This document shows, in pieces, positions 12,080-25,019 of a stretch of DNA of 64,000 bases. Source of the DNA: Haliotis cracherodii (lineage: Eukaryota). A program made the translations under genes and the position numbers. How positions within the stretch are numbered: the stretch's first letter is position 1; each line of letters starts with the position of its first letter. The stretch covers positions 8,742,001-8,806,000 of the forward strand of contig NW_027266297.1 in NCBI RefSeq assembly GCF_022045235.1, written 5' to 3'. The notes under the pieces are model-generated. The model did no database searches. It was not told the DNA's origin and saw nothing but the letters and a program-made list of their open reading frames with translations.

Positions 12080-13266
12080 ATTAACGGTGACACTCCTATG
12101 CATCAGAACAACAACAACAACGACCATCTCGTGGAAAGCCCGGCCTGTACGTGTTAAGGGATGCAGGTTAGGGACAGACTCCAGAATGCCCATATCAAAG
12201 ACAAACTGCGGGCGGAATACAAATGCAGACTCAAGACACTCTGGAGTTCAGAGCTAAACGGTTGCAATAAAGTCAATGCCACAAATACTTATGCTGTACC
12301 CGTCCTTTCGTATTCGTAAACAAGGCGTTTCCCTAAAAGATGTGGAACATAACCTGAATGTTAATGTTGATTTTGTTGATGGTTCTGTACTGCTGGACGG
12401 AACAGAAATAAGTGTTCACCATATCAAATCAGCCCAAAGAGGACACCTGAACGACCACTGCATTGCGTCTATGTACAGTGTGCTGAGAAGATCAGCAATC
12501 CTGTAGAGTCCTTCACTTGGAAGAAGTCGGCTGGCCTGAAAAGTGAAACCGAAGGCTTTCTGTTTGGTGCTCAGGACCAGAGGCTTCCAACTCGAAACCG
12601 TCAATGTGTGATTTTGCATCAAACTGTAAATATAAAATGTTGATTATGCAATTAATTTAATGAGTCTGTCCAGCACATTATCAGTGGGTGCCCAGCTTTG
12701 GTACAAACATAGCATCTAAAGCGACATGATGGAGTGTCTCGATCAATTTATTAGCGTCTGCGCCATTTTTGTGATTTTGACACAGAGGTCCATCCATAGT
12801 ACGACCCAGAAAATTTGGAGGGTGTCATGGAAAATGACAAATTAAAAACAAAATCCAGGGCAACAAAACTGATCTCGTCCTTTTTAATAAATCCAATGAA
12901 ATCATTTATATTTTTAAATTTTCTGTCCCTTGTGACACCAATGTGATCGAGAAGATTCGGGAAAAACATGGCAAATATTCGGACCTCGCTTTCGAAATGT
13001 CACGCTTGAATCCCAAGTACCAAGTTGTCCGTTTCTCCATTGTTCTTGGTGACATTGGGAGAGTGTTTGCTGCCAGGAATACAGCCCTTCTGACAATCTG
13101 GGTAATGCAGAAGGCTGCAGTGTTGGGGTGGCTTCACGTTTTCCGAAAAGTTCTCGGTTGGTTCGTTGGAGAAGTCCCATTTGCTGTCTGGGTTCCACGA
13201 GAGGGGGAAAGGACCCTGAACTGATGATGAGCCTAACCATCCTGACTGTGCCAGGATCACCCAAAC
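12080..13266 (+). mobile_element. R4/Dong-type non-LTR retrotransposon, 3' part, decayed
   Basis: LWSSELNGxNK, CCHC knuckle (C*LCN..ESVQHIISGCP..HLKRHDG) and RLE-like KxxKYxDL; the same 3' end actgtgccaggatcacccaaac occurs at 44423. Confidence 0.75.
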
Positions 13267-13413
13267 CCTCTTTGCTGCATTGTTTTATTCTATTCTGTAC
13301 ATAATAATTCAATACATACAATCGGAAACCCATATTTGCGGAAGACCAGAAGCACAATTCGAACAAAGCCACTTTACCTATGATTAATGTATTATAACCT
13401 TTGATTCAGTGTT

Positions 13414-15976
13414 CCGCTTAACTTCGCCTGATGTACAGCATATGACCTTAGCGGTATGCACAAAACCACATGGCACCACCGCTTAACTTCGCCTGATGTA
13501 CAGTGTATGACCTTAGCGGTATGCACAAAACCATATGGCACCACCGCTTAACTTCGCCTGATGTACAGTGTATGGCCTTAGTGGTGTGCACAAATCCATA
13601 TGGCACCACCGCTTAACTTCGGCTGATGTACAGCATATGACCTTAGCGGTATGCACAAAACCACATGGCACCACCGCTTAACTTCGGCTGATGTACAGCA
13701 TCTGACCTTAGCGGCATGCACAAAACCACATGGCACCGCTTAACTTGGCCTGATGTACAGTGTATGACCTTAGCGGTGTGCACAAATCCATATGGCACCA
13801 CCGCTTAACTTGGCCTGATGTACAGTGTATGATCTTAGTGGTGTGCACAAAACCACATGGCACCGCTTAACTTGGCCTGATGTACAGTGTATGACCTTAG
13901 TGGCGTGCACAAAACCACATTGCACCACCGCTTAACTTCGCCTGATGTAAATCGTATGACCTTAGCGGTATGCACAAAACCACATGGCACCGCTTAACTT
14001 GGCCTGATGTACAGTGTATGACCTTAGCGGTGTGCACAAAACCAAATGGCACCGCTTAACTTGGCCTGATGTACAGTGTATGACCTTAGCGGTATGCACA
14101 AATCCATATGGCACCACCGCTTAACTTCGCCTGATGTACAGTGTATGACCTTAGCGGTATGCACAAAACCACATGGCACCACCGCTTAACTTTACCTGAC
14201 GTATAGTGTGTGATCTTAGTGGTGTGCACAAAACCACATGGCACCGCTTAACTTGGCCTGATGTACAGCATATGACCTTAGCGGTGTGCACAAATCCATA
14301 TGGCACCACCGCTTAACTTCGCCTGATGTACAGTGTATGATCTTAGTGGTATGCACAAAACCACATGGCACCACCGCTTAACTTCGCCTGATGTACTATG
14401 TATGACCTTAGCGGTGTGCACAAAACCACATGGCACCACCGCTTAACTTCGGCCGATGTACAGCATATGACCTTAGCGGTATGCATAAACCACATGGCAC
14501 CACCGCTTAACTTCGCCTGATGTACAGTGTATGACCTTAGTGGTATGCACAAAACCATATGGCACCACCGCTTAACTTCGGCTGATGTACAGCATCTGAC
14601 CTTAGCGGTATGCACAAAACCACATGGCACCGCTTAACTTGGCCTGATGTACAGCATATGACCTTAGCGGTATGCACAAAACCACATGGCACCACCGCTT
14701 AACTTGGCCTGATGTACAGTGTATGACCTTAGCGGTATGCACAAAACCATATGGCACCACCGCTTAACTTCGGCTGATGTACAGCATATGACCTTAGCGG
14801 CATGCACAAAACAACATGGCACCGCTTACCTTCGCCTGATGTACAGTGTATGACCTTAGCGGTGTGCACAAAACCAAATGGCACCGCTTAACTTCGCCTG
14901 ATGTACAGTGTATGGCCTTAGTGGTGTGCACAAATCCATATGGCACCACCACTTAACTTGGCCTGATGTACAGTGTATGGCCTTAGCGGTATGCACAAAA
15001 CCACATGGCACCACCGCTTAACTTTACCTGATGTACAGTGTATGGCCTTAGTGGTGTGCACAAATCCATATGGCACCACCGCTTAACTTCGGCTGATGTA
15101 CAGCATCTGACCTTAGCGGTATGCACAAAACCACATGGCACCGCTTAACTTCGCCTGATGTACAGTGTATGACCTTAGCGGTATGCACAAAACCACATGG
15201 CACCGCTTAACTTGGCCTGATGTACAGTGTATGACCTTAGCGGTGTGCACAAATCCATATGGCACCACCGCTTAACTTCGCCTGATGTACAGTGTATGAT
15301 CTTAGTGGTGTGCACAAAACCACATGGCACCGCTTAACTTGGCCTGATGTACAGTGTATGACCTTAGCGGTGTGCACAAATCCATATGGCACCACCGCTT
15401 AACTTCGCCTGATGTACTATGTATGACCTTAGCGGTGTGCACAAAACCACATGGCACCACCGCTTAACTTTACCTGATGTACAGTGTATGATCTTAGTGG
15501 TTTGCACAAAACCACATTGCACCACCACTTAACTTCGCCTGATGTAAATCGTATGACCTTAGCGGTATGCACAAAACCATATGGCACCACCGCTTAACTT
15601 CGCCCGATGTACAGTGTATGGCCTTAGTGGTGTGCACAAATCCATATGGCACCACCGCTTAACTTCGGCTGATGTACAGCATCTGACCTTAGCGGTATGC
15701 ACAAAACCACATTGCACCACCACTTAACTTCGCCTGATGTAAATCGTATGACCTTAGCGGTATGCACAAAACCACATGGCACCGCTTAACTTCCCCAGAT
15801 TTACAGTGTATGACCTTAGCGGTATGCACAAAACCACATGGCACCGCTTAACTTCGCCTGATGTAGAGTGTATGATCTTAGCAGTGTGCACAAAACCACA
15901 TGGCACCGCTTAACTTCGCCTGGTGTACAGTGTATGACCTTAGCTGTATGCACAAAACCACATGGCATCACCGCTT
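13414..15976. repeat. Minisatellite, about 40 copies of a 62/65-bp unit
   Basis: Unit ccgcttaacttcgcctgatgtacagtgtatgaccttagcggtatgcacaaaaccacatggca(cca). Confidence 0.97.
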
Positions 15977-16599
15977 TCTCAACGATTGTTTCATACAATC
16001 TCAACAGATCTGGTCTTGTGAATATTATTTGGGTAAATGATGTGAACATTAATTAGATATTCATCAACTTATTTGAATTTGTCAGAAGTAATATTCAAGC
16101 GCAAAGACAACCCTAAGGCACAGACGGCACCAGCTTTCCTGACATTTTCATAGCTTCATTGTAGCGAGAGCAGCATCGCGTATCCAGTCGTTAAACGCGA
16201 CAGTGTAATTGCATAAAGACATTCAACATCTGGCGAGACCACTACAGCTAACTTATGGATGGCAGCAGGTAGAGTGCATCTGCGGTGATTGGCAGAACGA
16301 CCGATAGGAAATCTTCTTGATGATAATAGCTTATTTCTGGTTGACCATCACCTTCTTGAACTGGCATGGAGATAATTACAGCCCTGTTTTAACCCTTATG
16401 CCAGTACTGAACATCCTATGTCCAGGTTTCCTGTTTTCTAGTATCGATTTATTCAATATGAATCCTAAAACCAAGAGATATTGATCCCGTTTCATCCTGA
16501 GTGATTTCAACTGCGGAAAGTGAAAATACTATCAAAAATATTCTAAATATAAAAAAGAAGCGAAAAAACCTTTCCGTAATCCATTGAAGACAACAGATG

Positions 16600-17500
16600 A
16601 TTGAAAAAGAGCCTGGGGGACGTTGTTCCAATCGTCCACGGCCAATTGATCTCACTGAGCTACCTTTTACAGGCTGGTTCTGATCATGTCGTAGGCTTCT
16701 ATCCATCACATCCCAGGCATGTACTATGGAGGGATGGAGGTCTGGAGAAACAGTCGACCATGACAGTACAGGAATGTTTTGCTGCCTCGAACAATTTGTT
16801 AGAACACGTGCAACATGTGGGCGGGTATTATCCTGCTGCAACGTGACGGTACGTCCCTGTATTTGCACACTATCTCGAACAATGGCATCCAGATAGCATA
16901 CGCCAGTCACATTGCCGTTACAAATGATGAGTGAAGCCACACCATACCATTAAACTTCCACCAAAAACGTTCCTTTTGACGCATGTAGTCCCTTGCACGT
17001 CTATCAGAGCTATCCAGATGAAACCTTGACTCATCTGTGGACAGTATACTGTCCCAGCTTTGTCGTCCGAACCTCAGATGCAGTCTACACCAAGTTAGGC
17101 CTACCTGACGGTGACGTTGAAGCAACGTTGAGCGTTTCGCTGAATGTTGTGCTCCCTGGACCGGTTGCGTACGGTTCTGCCACTGATTTGTCACCACCCA
17201 GGACTTGTCCGAGCGGCTAGTGTGGCAGTTTGGTAGTTTCCGTAGAAGCACCAGCCGTGGAAGACGGTGGAAAGTCATGAATGTTACCTTACTGTCTCAA
17301 AATATTCAGATTTATTTATTTCGATGGTTTGTGCCGTTACTGTTTGCAGCATACACACGGCATCATGTTCTCAACAAACACACAAACATCCAAATTTTGC
17401 GCCGTACATGAACACGCACGTGCAAGTTGTGAGCCACGCCATTAAGCCGAGGAGATGTCTTCATGAAAATGTACTGAAAGGTGCATTGTTTAATTTCAGA
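16600..17500 (-). mobile_element. Decayed Tc1/mariner transposon
   Basis: Reverse-strand ORF fragments contain STDESRFHL, QQDNTRPHVAR and SPDLHP.I.HAWD (DD34E-type catalytic motifs). Confidence 0.8.
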
Positions 17501-19339
17501 ATATTGTTTTTTATTGAACATTATATGAAGCACAGTTTCTTTTTCCGTTATATCCGATTAGTGATTATTTCCCACTCATAAGTATTTCTGAAGTAATTGG
17601 CAAAAATTGCAAGGCTGAAACACTCTGTTTGTCTCTGGTCTTGCGCCTTTACACATACTAACATTATCGATAGCATTTTCAGCATCAGTTTTAAAGTAAT
17701 TATTTCGTTATTAAATTCTCAACCCTTCTTGGACGCGACGTTAAACCCCATTTCACCTCACCTCATATGTTTAACTCTTGACGGACGCCCGTGGACATAC
17801 GATGTCATTGGTCAGATTACTATGTTCTATGATGAACCTAAACAATGTAAACGAGCTGTCACATGTAATTGCCAGTGTACGCAATGCTCCATACAGTTCC
17901 TATTGATTTTTATTCGAATCTTATTATTGCAAAGTGGCATAGTTCTAACATGTTGTAAGACATCTAATCCGATGTTTCTTACAGTAAGTAGCTATTGTTG
18001 AGGAATTGCACTAGTCAAACAGTGCGTGAACTTAAGCATCTTTCAAAACTTGCTGAGGCAAACAGTTTTGTACACAAACGTTCCAAATCGTTCAAGGTAG
18101 AAACAATAAATATCGATGTTTATCCTTCCGGTTTCGCCTATGGCACCTGATGTGTTATTTTCAGAAAGAGAAATGTAACCTCCTGATTCATCATGCAAAG
18201 GAGATGCTGTTGTTTCAGTACCAAACAATAACAACCAGTACATAAAAAACTAACCTATGGCAAGAGAGTTCCATTAGGACATTGGGTATAACTTTGATAA
18301 ACCACGGTAATGCGTAAATGGATTGACTTAAACAAATAACGACTATTTGCAGCTACTGCACGACACATGTATTTATCCTAAATTGGTGAAGGAACGTATC
18401 TTGTCGTTCCAGTGGCACACGTCACAAACACATGCAAAGGAAAATTAAGTGTTCACCGGGATCAATGCTCAGAGAGACGTTTTAGTTTTATCAGGACGTT
18501 TCAGCGTACTGTTTAGGCAAAGTCCAAAGTTCATGTACGGTGCTTACAGATGAGGGGTGGTATCAGGTCGAATACTGGATAAAGATACGCGGATCCTGGC
18601 ATAGCTAAGTGATGTAAATGTGTAGAGTGAACTGTGAGAGCCTAAGACCACAGTCCCACCCATACATCATGGTTTAATCCTAAGATAATGGTAAATATAC
18701 GAATTGATAAAAAACAGATGGTACCATAAAGTGTTATGCAGATCGAATTAACAACCGTTGAAACGAGACATTTTGGATACCAGCAGTATGACGGTTTCAC
18801 TTTGTAAAAGCAGAGTAGATATTTCTGTGAGCCGCTTTGTGGCTGAATTAATGGCCAGAAACTCAACTTGAAAAATTTCAGCATTCACATAATCAAGACG
18901 AATATGTTTATCCTAAACTTGACATTGAAATCTTTGAAAAACGAGTTCAACCACATTCAGATTCCACCACCCGTAAATTCAACCTTAGGCCAAGATGCCA
19001 TGTTTCAACCGTTAATAAATAAAGGAGCCGTAGGGACGGAGAGGGATTAATTGAATGGTGTTGAATAAATGACCATTTTTGGTATTAAAGATAAAGTGTG
19101 ACATGTAACTCACTGAGGTAATAAATTGACCGCATCTTGAATTTAGCTTTGAGCCTCGAAAATGTTTGGAAATCTAGATCACCATGGGATAAGTATGGCG
19201 TATGGTAAATCTCCATGAGCACTTACGCGTTCGATCTTTGGTAAAATCGCACGCGTCTTCCCAGCTGAAAAAGGCTTTCAAAAGGATATGGGGCACCGTG
19301 TGCGAAATACGCTGTAGTCGGAAAGCGCACGTTAAATCT

Positions 19340-19670
19340 TCTATATCAGTCAGTCAGATATGGGGCAGACATGTGAAGGACAGTTCGACGTTTGACGCAT
19401 CAGTGACAAACATGATGTCTGACGCAATTCCCTATTTTTTAAGTATACCATATATATATCTTGTTTCTCAGGTGAACAATTGGCTTGCCCTTGCCTGTGT
19501 TTGTGACTAGTGCCACCGGTGGGACAGGATATACTCACGGTTGCGAGAACACCAGATGTCTTTATCATTTGATAGTTATTCATAAATACACGATATAGTC
19601 GGAATCGTACAACCTATTCTGCTTAAAGCAGATATGGGTCTTATGTTTATGGAAATTGTTTTGGCGCTAT
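19340..19670 (+). mobile_element. Naiad-type PLE 3' fragment
   Basis: Same 3' module (tgtgtttgtgactagtgccaccggtgggacaggatatactcac...gtcggaatcgtacaa). Confidence 0.65.
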
Positions 19671-20393
19671 ATTTATTAATATACTATTTAGTAATGTGTA
19701 GTAACTTAGAAACAACGCCCTTTAATTAGTATTTTAATCTTACACCAAAGCCCAAATAAGACACCTGTCGTGGACGTTTATCACATTGATGAAACCACAG
19801 GGGTATGGTGCTTACAGACCAATGATTTCAGTTGTTTGGAATCTGAGATTCGAACACAACCAGCGGATCCTTGCTGCCAAGGGACACACCTCACTCCATC
19901 AGACCCGTTAAGTGGAACTGATAACGCCAAAATTGGGGGCACATTACGCATAAACAGTCTTTGACTTCATCAATACATATTGTAGTACATGTATTGCCAT
20001 ATTGACACGATAACCCACACGCATTTACGAAGCTCCATTGTTTTGGCGTCATATGATAATTACACGTGTCTAACTTTGTCTTGAATATCATTATCCGGTT
20101 TTGTTTCGTTAAAACCGACTGATGAGGATTGTGTCATCTTCCCAAGATGGAAAGGATAGTTGCTCATTCTTTCTGTCACTGGTTAACCTCGCAAGTTTAG
20201 AATAGAAAGGCCAATGTGCTGCAGCTGAAATATTCTGGCGTTAAACAACATTCGCTCACGCCTTGGAATTTCACAAACATTGTCATGCTGTGTGTCATGA
20301 TTGTGTAAGCATTTAAGGCCATCGCGTTCATTATATTTGTGAGTTCATGTTTTTGAATAATTATTGTCATATTTCCCGTTTCCCGTTTCCTAG

Positions 20394-21091
20394 GTATCGC
20401 CGTCTCTGCCAGTACCTTCACCATCACAGCTATGAGCCTCGACAGATGTCTTGCCATTCGCCATCCAGTCGCCATCAGAAGACTGAGGACAACCACCTTC
20501 GTCCGCATCCTCATCTTCTGTGTGTGGACGTTTTCCTTGCTCATCATGGTGCCTCTTCCAATCATTAGACGGACTGTGACCGAAGAGATCCTTCCCGGGC
20601 AGTCCCTTATATTCTGCATAGAGGAGTGGCCATCATTTGCCCACAGGCGAACATACGACATAGCCATACTTCTAATAGTCTACATCATTCCAGGGATCAT
20701 AATATCAACGTGTTATATACTCATGGGCAAAAGGTTGTGGGTGCCAGACAAGGAATTAAACAGAGATTTATACCGATATCCTATACAACGAGAGCCTACA
20801 TGCCGTATGCATCGTTTGACGACGGGGCGACGGAGACTGGCGAAGCTGTGTATCGCTGTTGCAGTTATGTTCGCTCTTTGTTGGCTTCCGTATTACATTG
20901 TGACGACATATTTGGACTTCCGACCAGATTTGGACGCGGCAGACATCGTCCACTTCACACTCCTCCTCGGACATCTTCATAGCGCGTCTAACCCCGTGCT
21001 TTATTGTTTTCTACATAAAACATTCAGAAGATATTTAAGGAAATTCGTCTTCTGTGGATACAGATTAAATCCATCGAAAATGATTAGCAAG
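20394..21091 (+). CDS. Class A neuropeptide-type GPCR, main exon (TM3-TM7 and helix 8); orexin/allatotropin-QRFP-SIFamide/NPFF-like group
   Basis: ttcctag acceptor and AAG|gtgagt donor; GIAVSASTFTITAMSLDRCLAIRHP (DRC for DRY), TM4 W, ECL2 FCIEEW, TM5 YIIP, TM6 FALCWLPYY, TM7 HSASNPVLY, helix 8 FRRYL. Confidence 0.95.
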
Positions 21092-21249
21092 GTGAGTAAT
21101 TAACCTGTTTTCGTCTTAGCCTTCTGCCCATATGAATAATCGAATCTGCCAAAGGCTTGCAAGCAGTGGAGAACTAGAGCAACGACCTGCACATTTAGAA
21201 TATGATAACCTACAGTCACACTGTCGCTACCCGACCCTCACTTTAGACG

Positions 21250-21610
21250 GTAAAGGTATGGTAGACGGGAAAACTTTCAAACAGTTTCATGGTAGACATG
21301 TGGAGGACATTTTGTAAATTTGACTCATCACTGGTAAAATGGTGTCCGATGCGTTTTCCAATTTTTGACTTGAACTTTATGTTCCCGTGTTTGTTCAGAT
21401 GAAACATGACTTGCCTTTGCATGTGTTTGTGACGGGTGCCACCGGTGGGGAAGGATAGGCCCACCCTTTTCGGGAACATCTGTTATCACTGTTTGATTGT
21501 GATTCATACACAAATGCTCATGATATATATGTAGTCGGAACCGTACAATCGTCTCTGCTTTTGGCAGATATGTCTTACGAATATGGAAAGGGTTTTGTCG
21601 CTTATATTTA
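21250..21610 (+). mobile_element. Naiad-type PLE 3' fragment
   Basis: FKQFHGRH-like coding remnant followed by the 3' module. Confidence 0.7.
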
Positions 21611-22399
21611 CAAGTGTAAAGTGATGGGGACCTTCTACCCAGACCAAAAGCTGAATACATTGCTAACTGGAAGGTTGTTTGTTAAGCTATATGTAACAAC
21701 CTTCAACAACATTGTTCAAATACTCAATGATTATACGGGGTAGGCGTATCCTGCCTCACCTATTTTAACGTCGTTCACTGAAGACGTTTTTCAAGAAATG
21801 AACGACATTTTATTCCGTTTTGCTTTAATCCCACTCTGTCTAACCAAGAGATCCCTGTAAACGGATCAGATAATTGTTTTATACGTAACGCGTAGGCGGT
21901 GACTACAGAAACAACATCTACTATTGCTCTTTCATTTGCGTAGTATCAGTTCAAATCGTGGCCCTTCTGGAGATACTTAATAACCTACAACAACTGTTAT
22001 CAGTTTGTGAAAGGATGCCGAAAGGCTATTCCCAAAATAGGATCATCCTCTTACAAGAAATTGAAAGTCATTTCATGGGATATCATCGGACTCTCAACAT
22101 CTGCCATCAGACAAGTTTCAACTAATAACCCAAGTAACATGAAAAATATAGTTTAATTTGAGCCTTCTTCTAAGACACCGTTGGCGAATAATTATGGTAC
22201 GGTTTTTATTCTGTGACTCAAAATACCTCAATGTTCCTCAGGCGGTTGAGCAGCTTCAAGTGAGCTTTTAACACTCATATTTTCAGATGATGTGCAGTGT
22301 CGCTCATTGAAACGCACTTATTGCCACCCACTCAATGACACTATCTTTCGATCGTTTTCTTCAGAACAAGTAACACGGAAATCCCGACGTTAAATCTTC

Positions 22400-22983
22400 A
22401 ACACCTGATTCATAATATTCGCGATGAATCGCAAAGAACAATCAAGAACGAAGTGTGGTTTATTACACGATAAAACATTGTTCTGTCACGACGGCATTTC
22501 TGGAGATTCGAACATACGCTTGCAACTTCATGACATCGTGTATGGAAAGGGGAATGTCTGTTGAGTTGTTCCCCATAGATGTAGCTGGGCAATGTAGATA
22601 AACGGAATGGCCGAGCGATGGCATCCAAAAGCGGGAGAGATATGACAATCGGTATTGGGAGAAATGGGTAATCGACGTGAGGAATGTGTGATTAAGCGGC
22701 AAGTACTAACCTGTGAATAAAATGGACTTGTCCGACACTACCGAGGTCGGATTCTGTTGAGGGAGTCATCATTTTTAAAATATAGGTAAATATTTTTAAG
22801 TTTGTACATTTTATCATCCTTGTTAAAGATGCTGTACATAATTTTGATATCTCATATAAGAAATAAACGACTCGTGGTCGTTGTTTATCATACAAATAAA
22901 CACTGCACCCTTCGTGGTATATACTCCATGCAGTGTTTTTTAGTATGATAAACAATGACCACGAGTCGATTATTTCTTAAATA
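22400..22983 (+). mobile_element. Unclassified DNA element ending in a ~130-bp hairpin
   Basis: Arms 22855-22893 and 22943-22983 are reverse complements, with extra pairing aaacactgca/tgcagtgttt inside; the left part is homologous to 38650-38975. Confidence 0.7.
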
Positions 22984-23419
22984 AATAGCATAGATAATAA
23001 ACTTACTTTAACACTGGTCACTCTCGATGTATGATGCCCTTTTTGTTATTAAAAGAAGACTGATGTTGAAATAAAAGTAACATTTATACTATTATAGTAT
23101 AACCATGTATTCTACAGCTTTAAGTGTCTCTTGTATATTTTTCTCACGCGAAAAAATTATACACGTGATTGGGAACGTCAAAACAGTCTGAAATGGTCAG
23201 GCACCTATGTATTTTGACTATGTACTTGTACCGATGGTAGTTTACACGTTCTTCGTATTTGTCGTTATTGTCGCACCCCGACGCCAGAGAAGAGGTAACG
23301 TAAAACGCAGAAATTATAAACAGTGGGATTATAAAGTGAGAGGTTAGACGTATTATTAAGAAAGACGACAAAGGAAACAGGAATACCACACATGTACAGT
23401 AATTACATTTACGTCATCA

Positions 23420-23898
23420 GTGTAAGGAAGACACATAGGGTTGAAATGAAAAGTCAATATCTGGTATGTCCACCATTGGCAGCAACACAGGCCATGCAAC
23501 GTCTTCTCATTGATTGAATAAGTCTGCGAATAGTGTTCTGGGGCATTCCACTCTTGACGTAGTGTATCTTCAAGTTCTCTCAGGTTCTGTACCTGCGGAC
23601 GACGTGAGAGGCGTTGGCCCAGGTAATCCCATAAATGTTCGATTGGCGATAGACCGGGTGACAGGGCTGGCCATGGAAGCAGAGGCACATTATTGTTCGC
23701 TAGGTACTGTGTTGAAACACGTGCTGTGCACGCTCTTGCTTTATCTTGCTGGAAGGTGTGCGTATCCTGGTGCTGATGAAAGAATGGGATGACGTAATTT
23801 GCCAATATGTTATTCCTGCAGTAAAGGGCATTAACTCTTCCACGACAAATATGGATCTCTGTTCGATGGTTATGACTGATCCCGCCCCACACCATGAC

Positions 23899-23946
<48 letters not shown>

Positions 23947-24777
23947 ATCGATCTGTCTGTACAAAGCAGTCATTGTGGTAACGTTCTCCACGTCGACGCC
24001 ACACTCGCAGTCGACCGTCAGCATTCCGTAAATGAAAACGGGACTCGTCAGAGAACAGCACACCATGCCACTGCCGCAATCTCCAGTGCCTTTTGGCCCA
24101 ACGCAGACGTTCATTTCGACGTCGATCAGTGAGTATGGGTCCAACATATGGACGTCGAGCACGTAGCCCTGGTGAGCGGAGACGTCGACGTACGGTGTCA
24201 GCGCTGATCAAACCCAGTCAGCCTTGTACGGTTGCTGCAGTCCTGGTAGCCGGAAGTGTACGATCACGAAAATGCCGACGAACAATATGGCGATCCACGA
24301 CGTTGACCCGGACGTGGTCGATCTCTGGTGGTTCTTGTCTGCTGGTATCTGCTCATTAGCCAGAGGACTGTTGACTGATGGCATTGAAACCGTTGTGCAA
24401 CGACTTTACTTGACGTACCAACTTCAAGCATGCCCAAGGCACGTTCCTCTTCTGTTAATCTTGGCATTTCTTGTATCAGTACCCTTTACGTCTGCAGCAA
24501 CAAGTGATGTGGCTTTTAAAAATCTGTCTTTTATAGCCCTATTCTGCATGCTTCCCGTGAAACAAAACACGTTTTCCATGATGTGCACGCAATTTGTTGC
24601 GTTTTGGCGATGTCGCTCACAAAACATGTAGGAATGTGTTTCGACAAGCTGTTCTTCTTCATGCTTCGTCCAGAACGTCGTATATTACTCATTTACTTAT
24701 ATATTTTCATATGACTTAAGCCCGGATAAAAATACATCCAGTTTCATGGTGGTGCGTTTTCAATGCTGTTCAGTATA
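23420..24777 (-). mobile_element. Tc1/mariner transposon, near full length, frameshifted
   Basis: MPRLT..ER..GML HTH start, ISADTVRRRL, LFSDESRF, VMVWGGI, FQQDKA, SPGLSPIEHLWD; TIR-like end ...tgctgttcagtata; C44 run at 23900-23943. Confidence 0.9.
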
Positions 24778-25019
24778 TTATGATGTAGGTCTGATAGAAT
24801 TTGTTTTTTGTACGTCTCTCTTTCATCCTTGTATCACCAGTGTAGATATTGTCCAATCATATATATTTTGGGATTGGTACGACATTTGATATTTACCTGG
24901 CAACATAAGTTTGTTGGTCAATATTGGTAATTGGAATTGTAAATAGTTTATTTGTGAATTTTAGGTTAAACCTGGTAAAACTTGTAACCTTGTAAAACAA
25001 CAATCAAACCAATCTTTCA

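Noticed and set aside
13414-15976. CRISPR array
   Set aside because: Units are contiguous near-identical repeats with no unique spacers, there are no cas genes, and the context is a eukaryotic intron
23356-24162. 268-aa poly-Gly protein and the antisense poly-Pro ORF
   Set aside because: Frameshifted Tc1 transposase read through a homopolymer expansion
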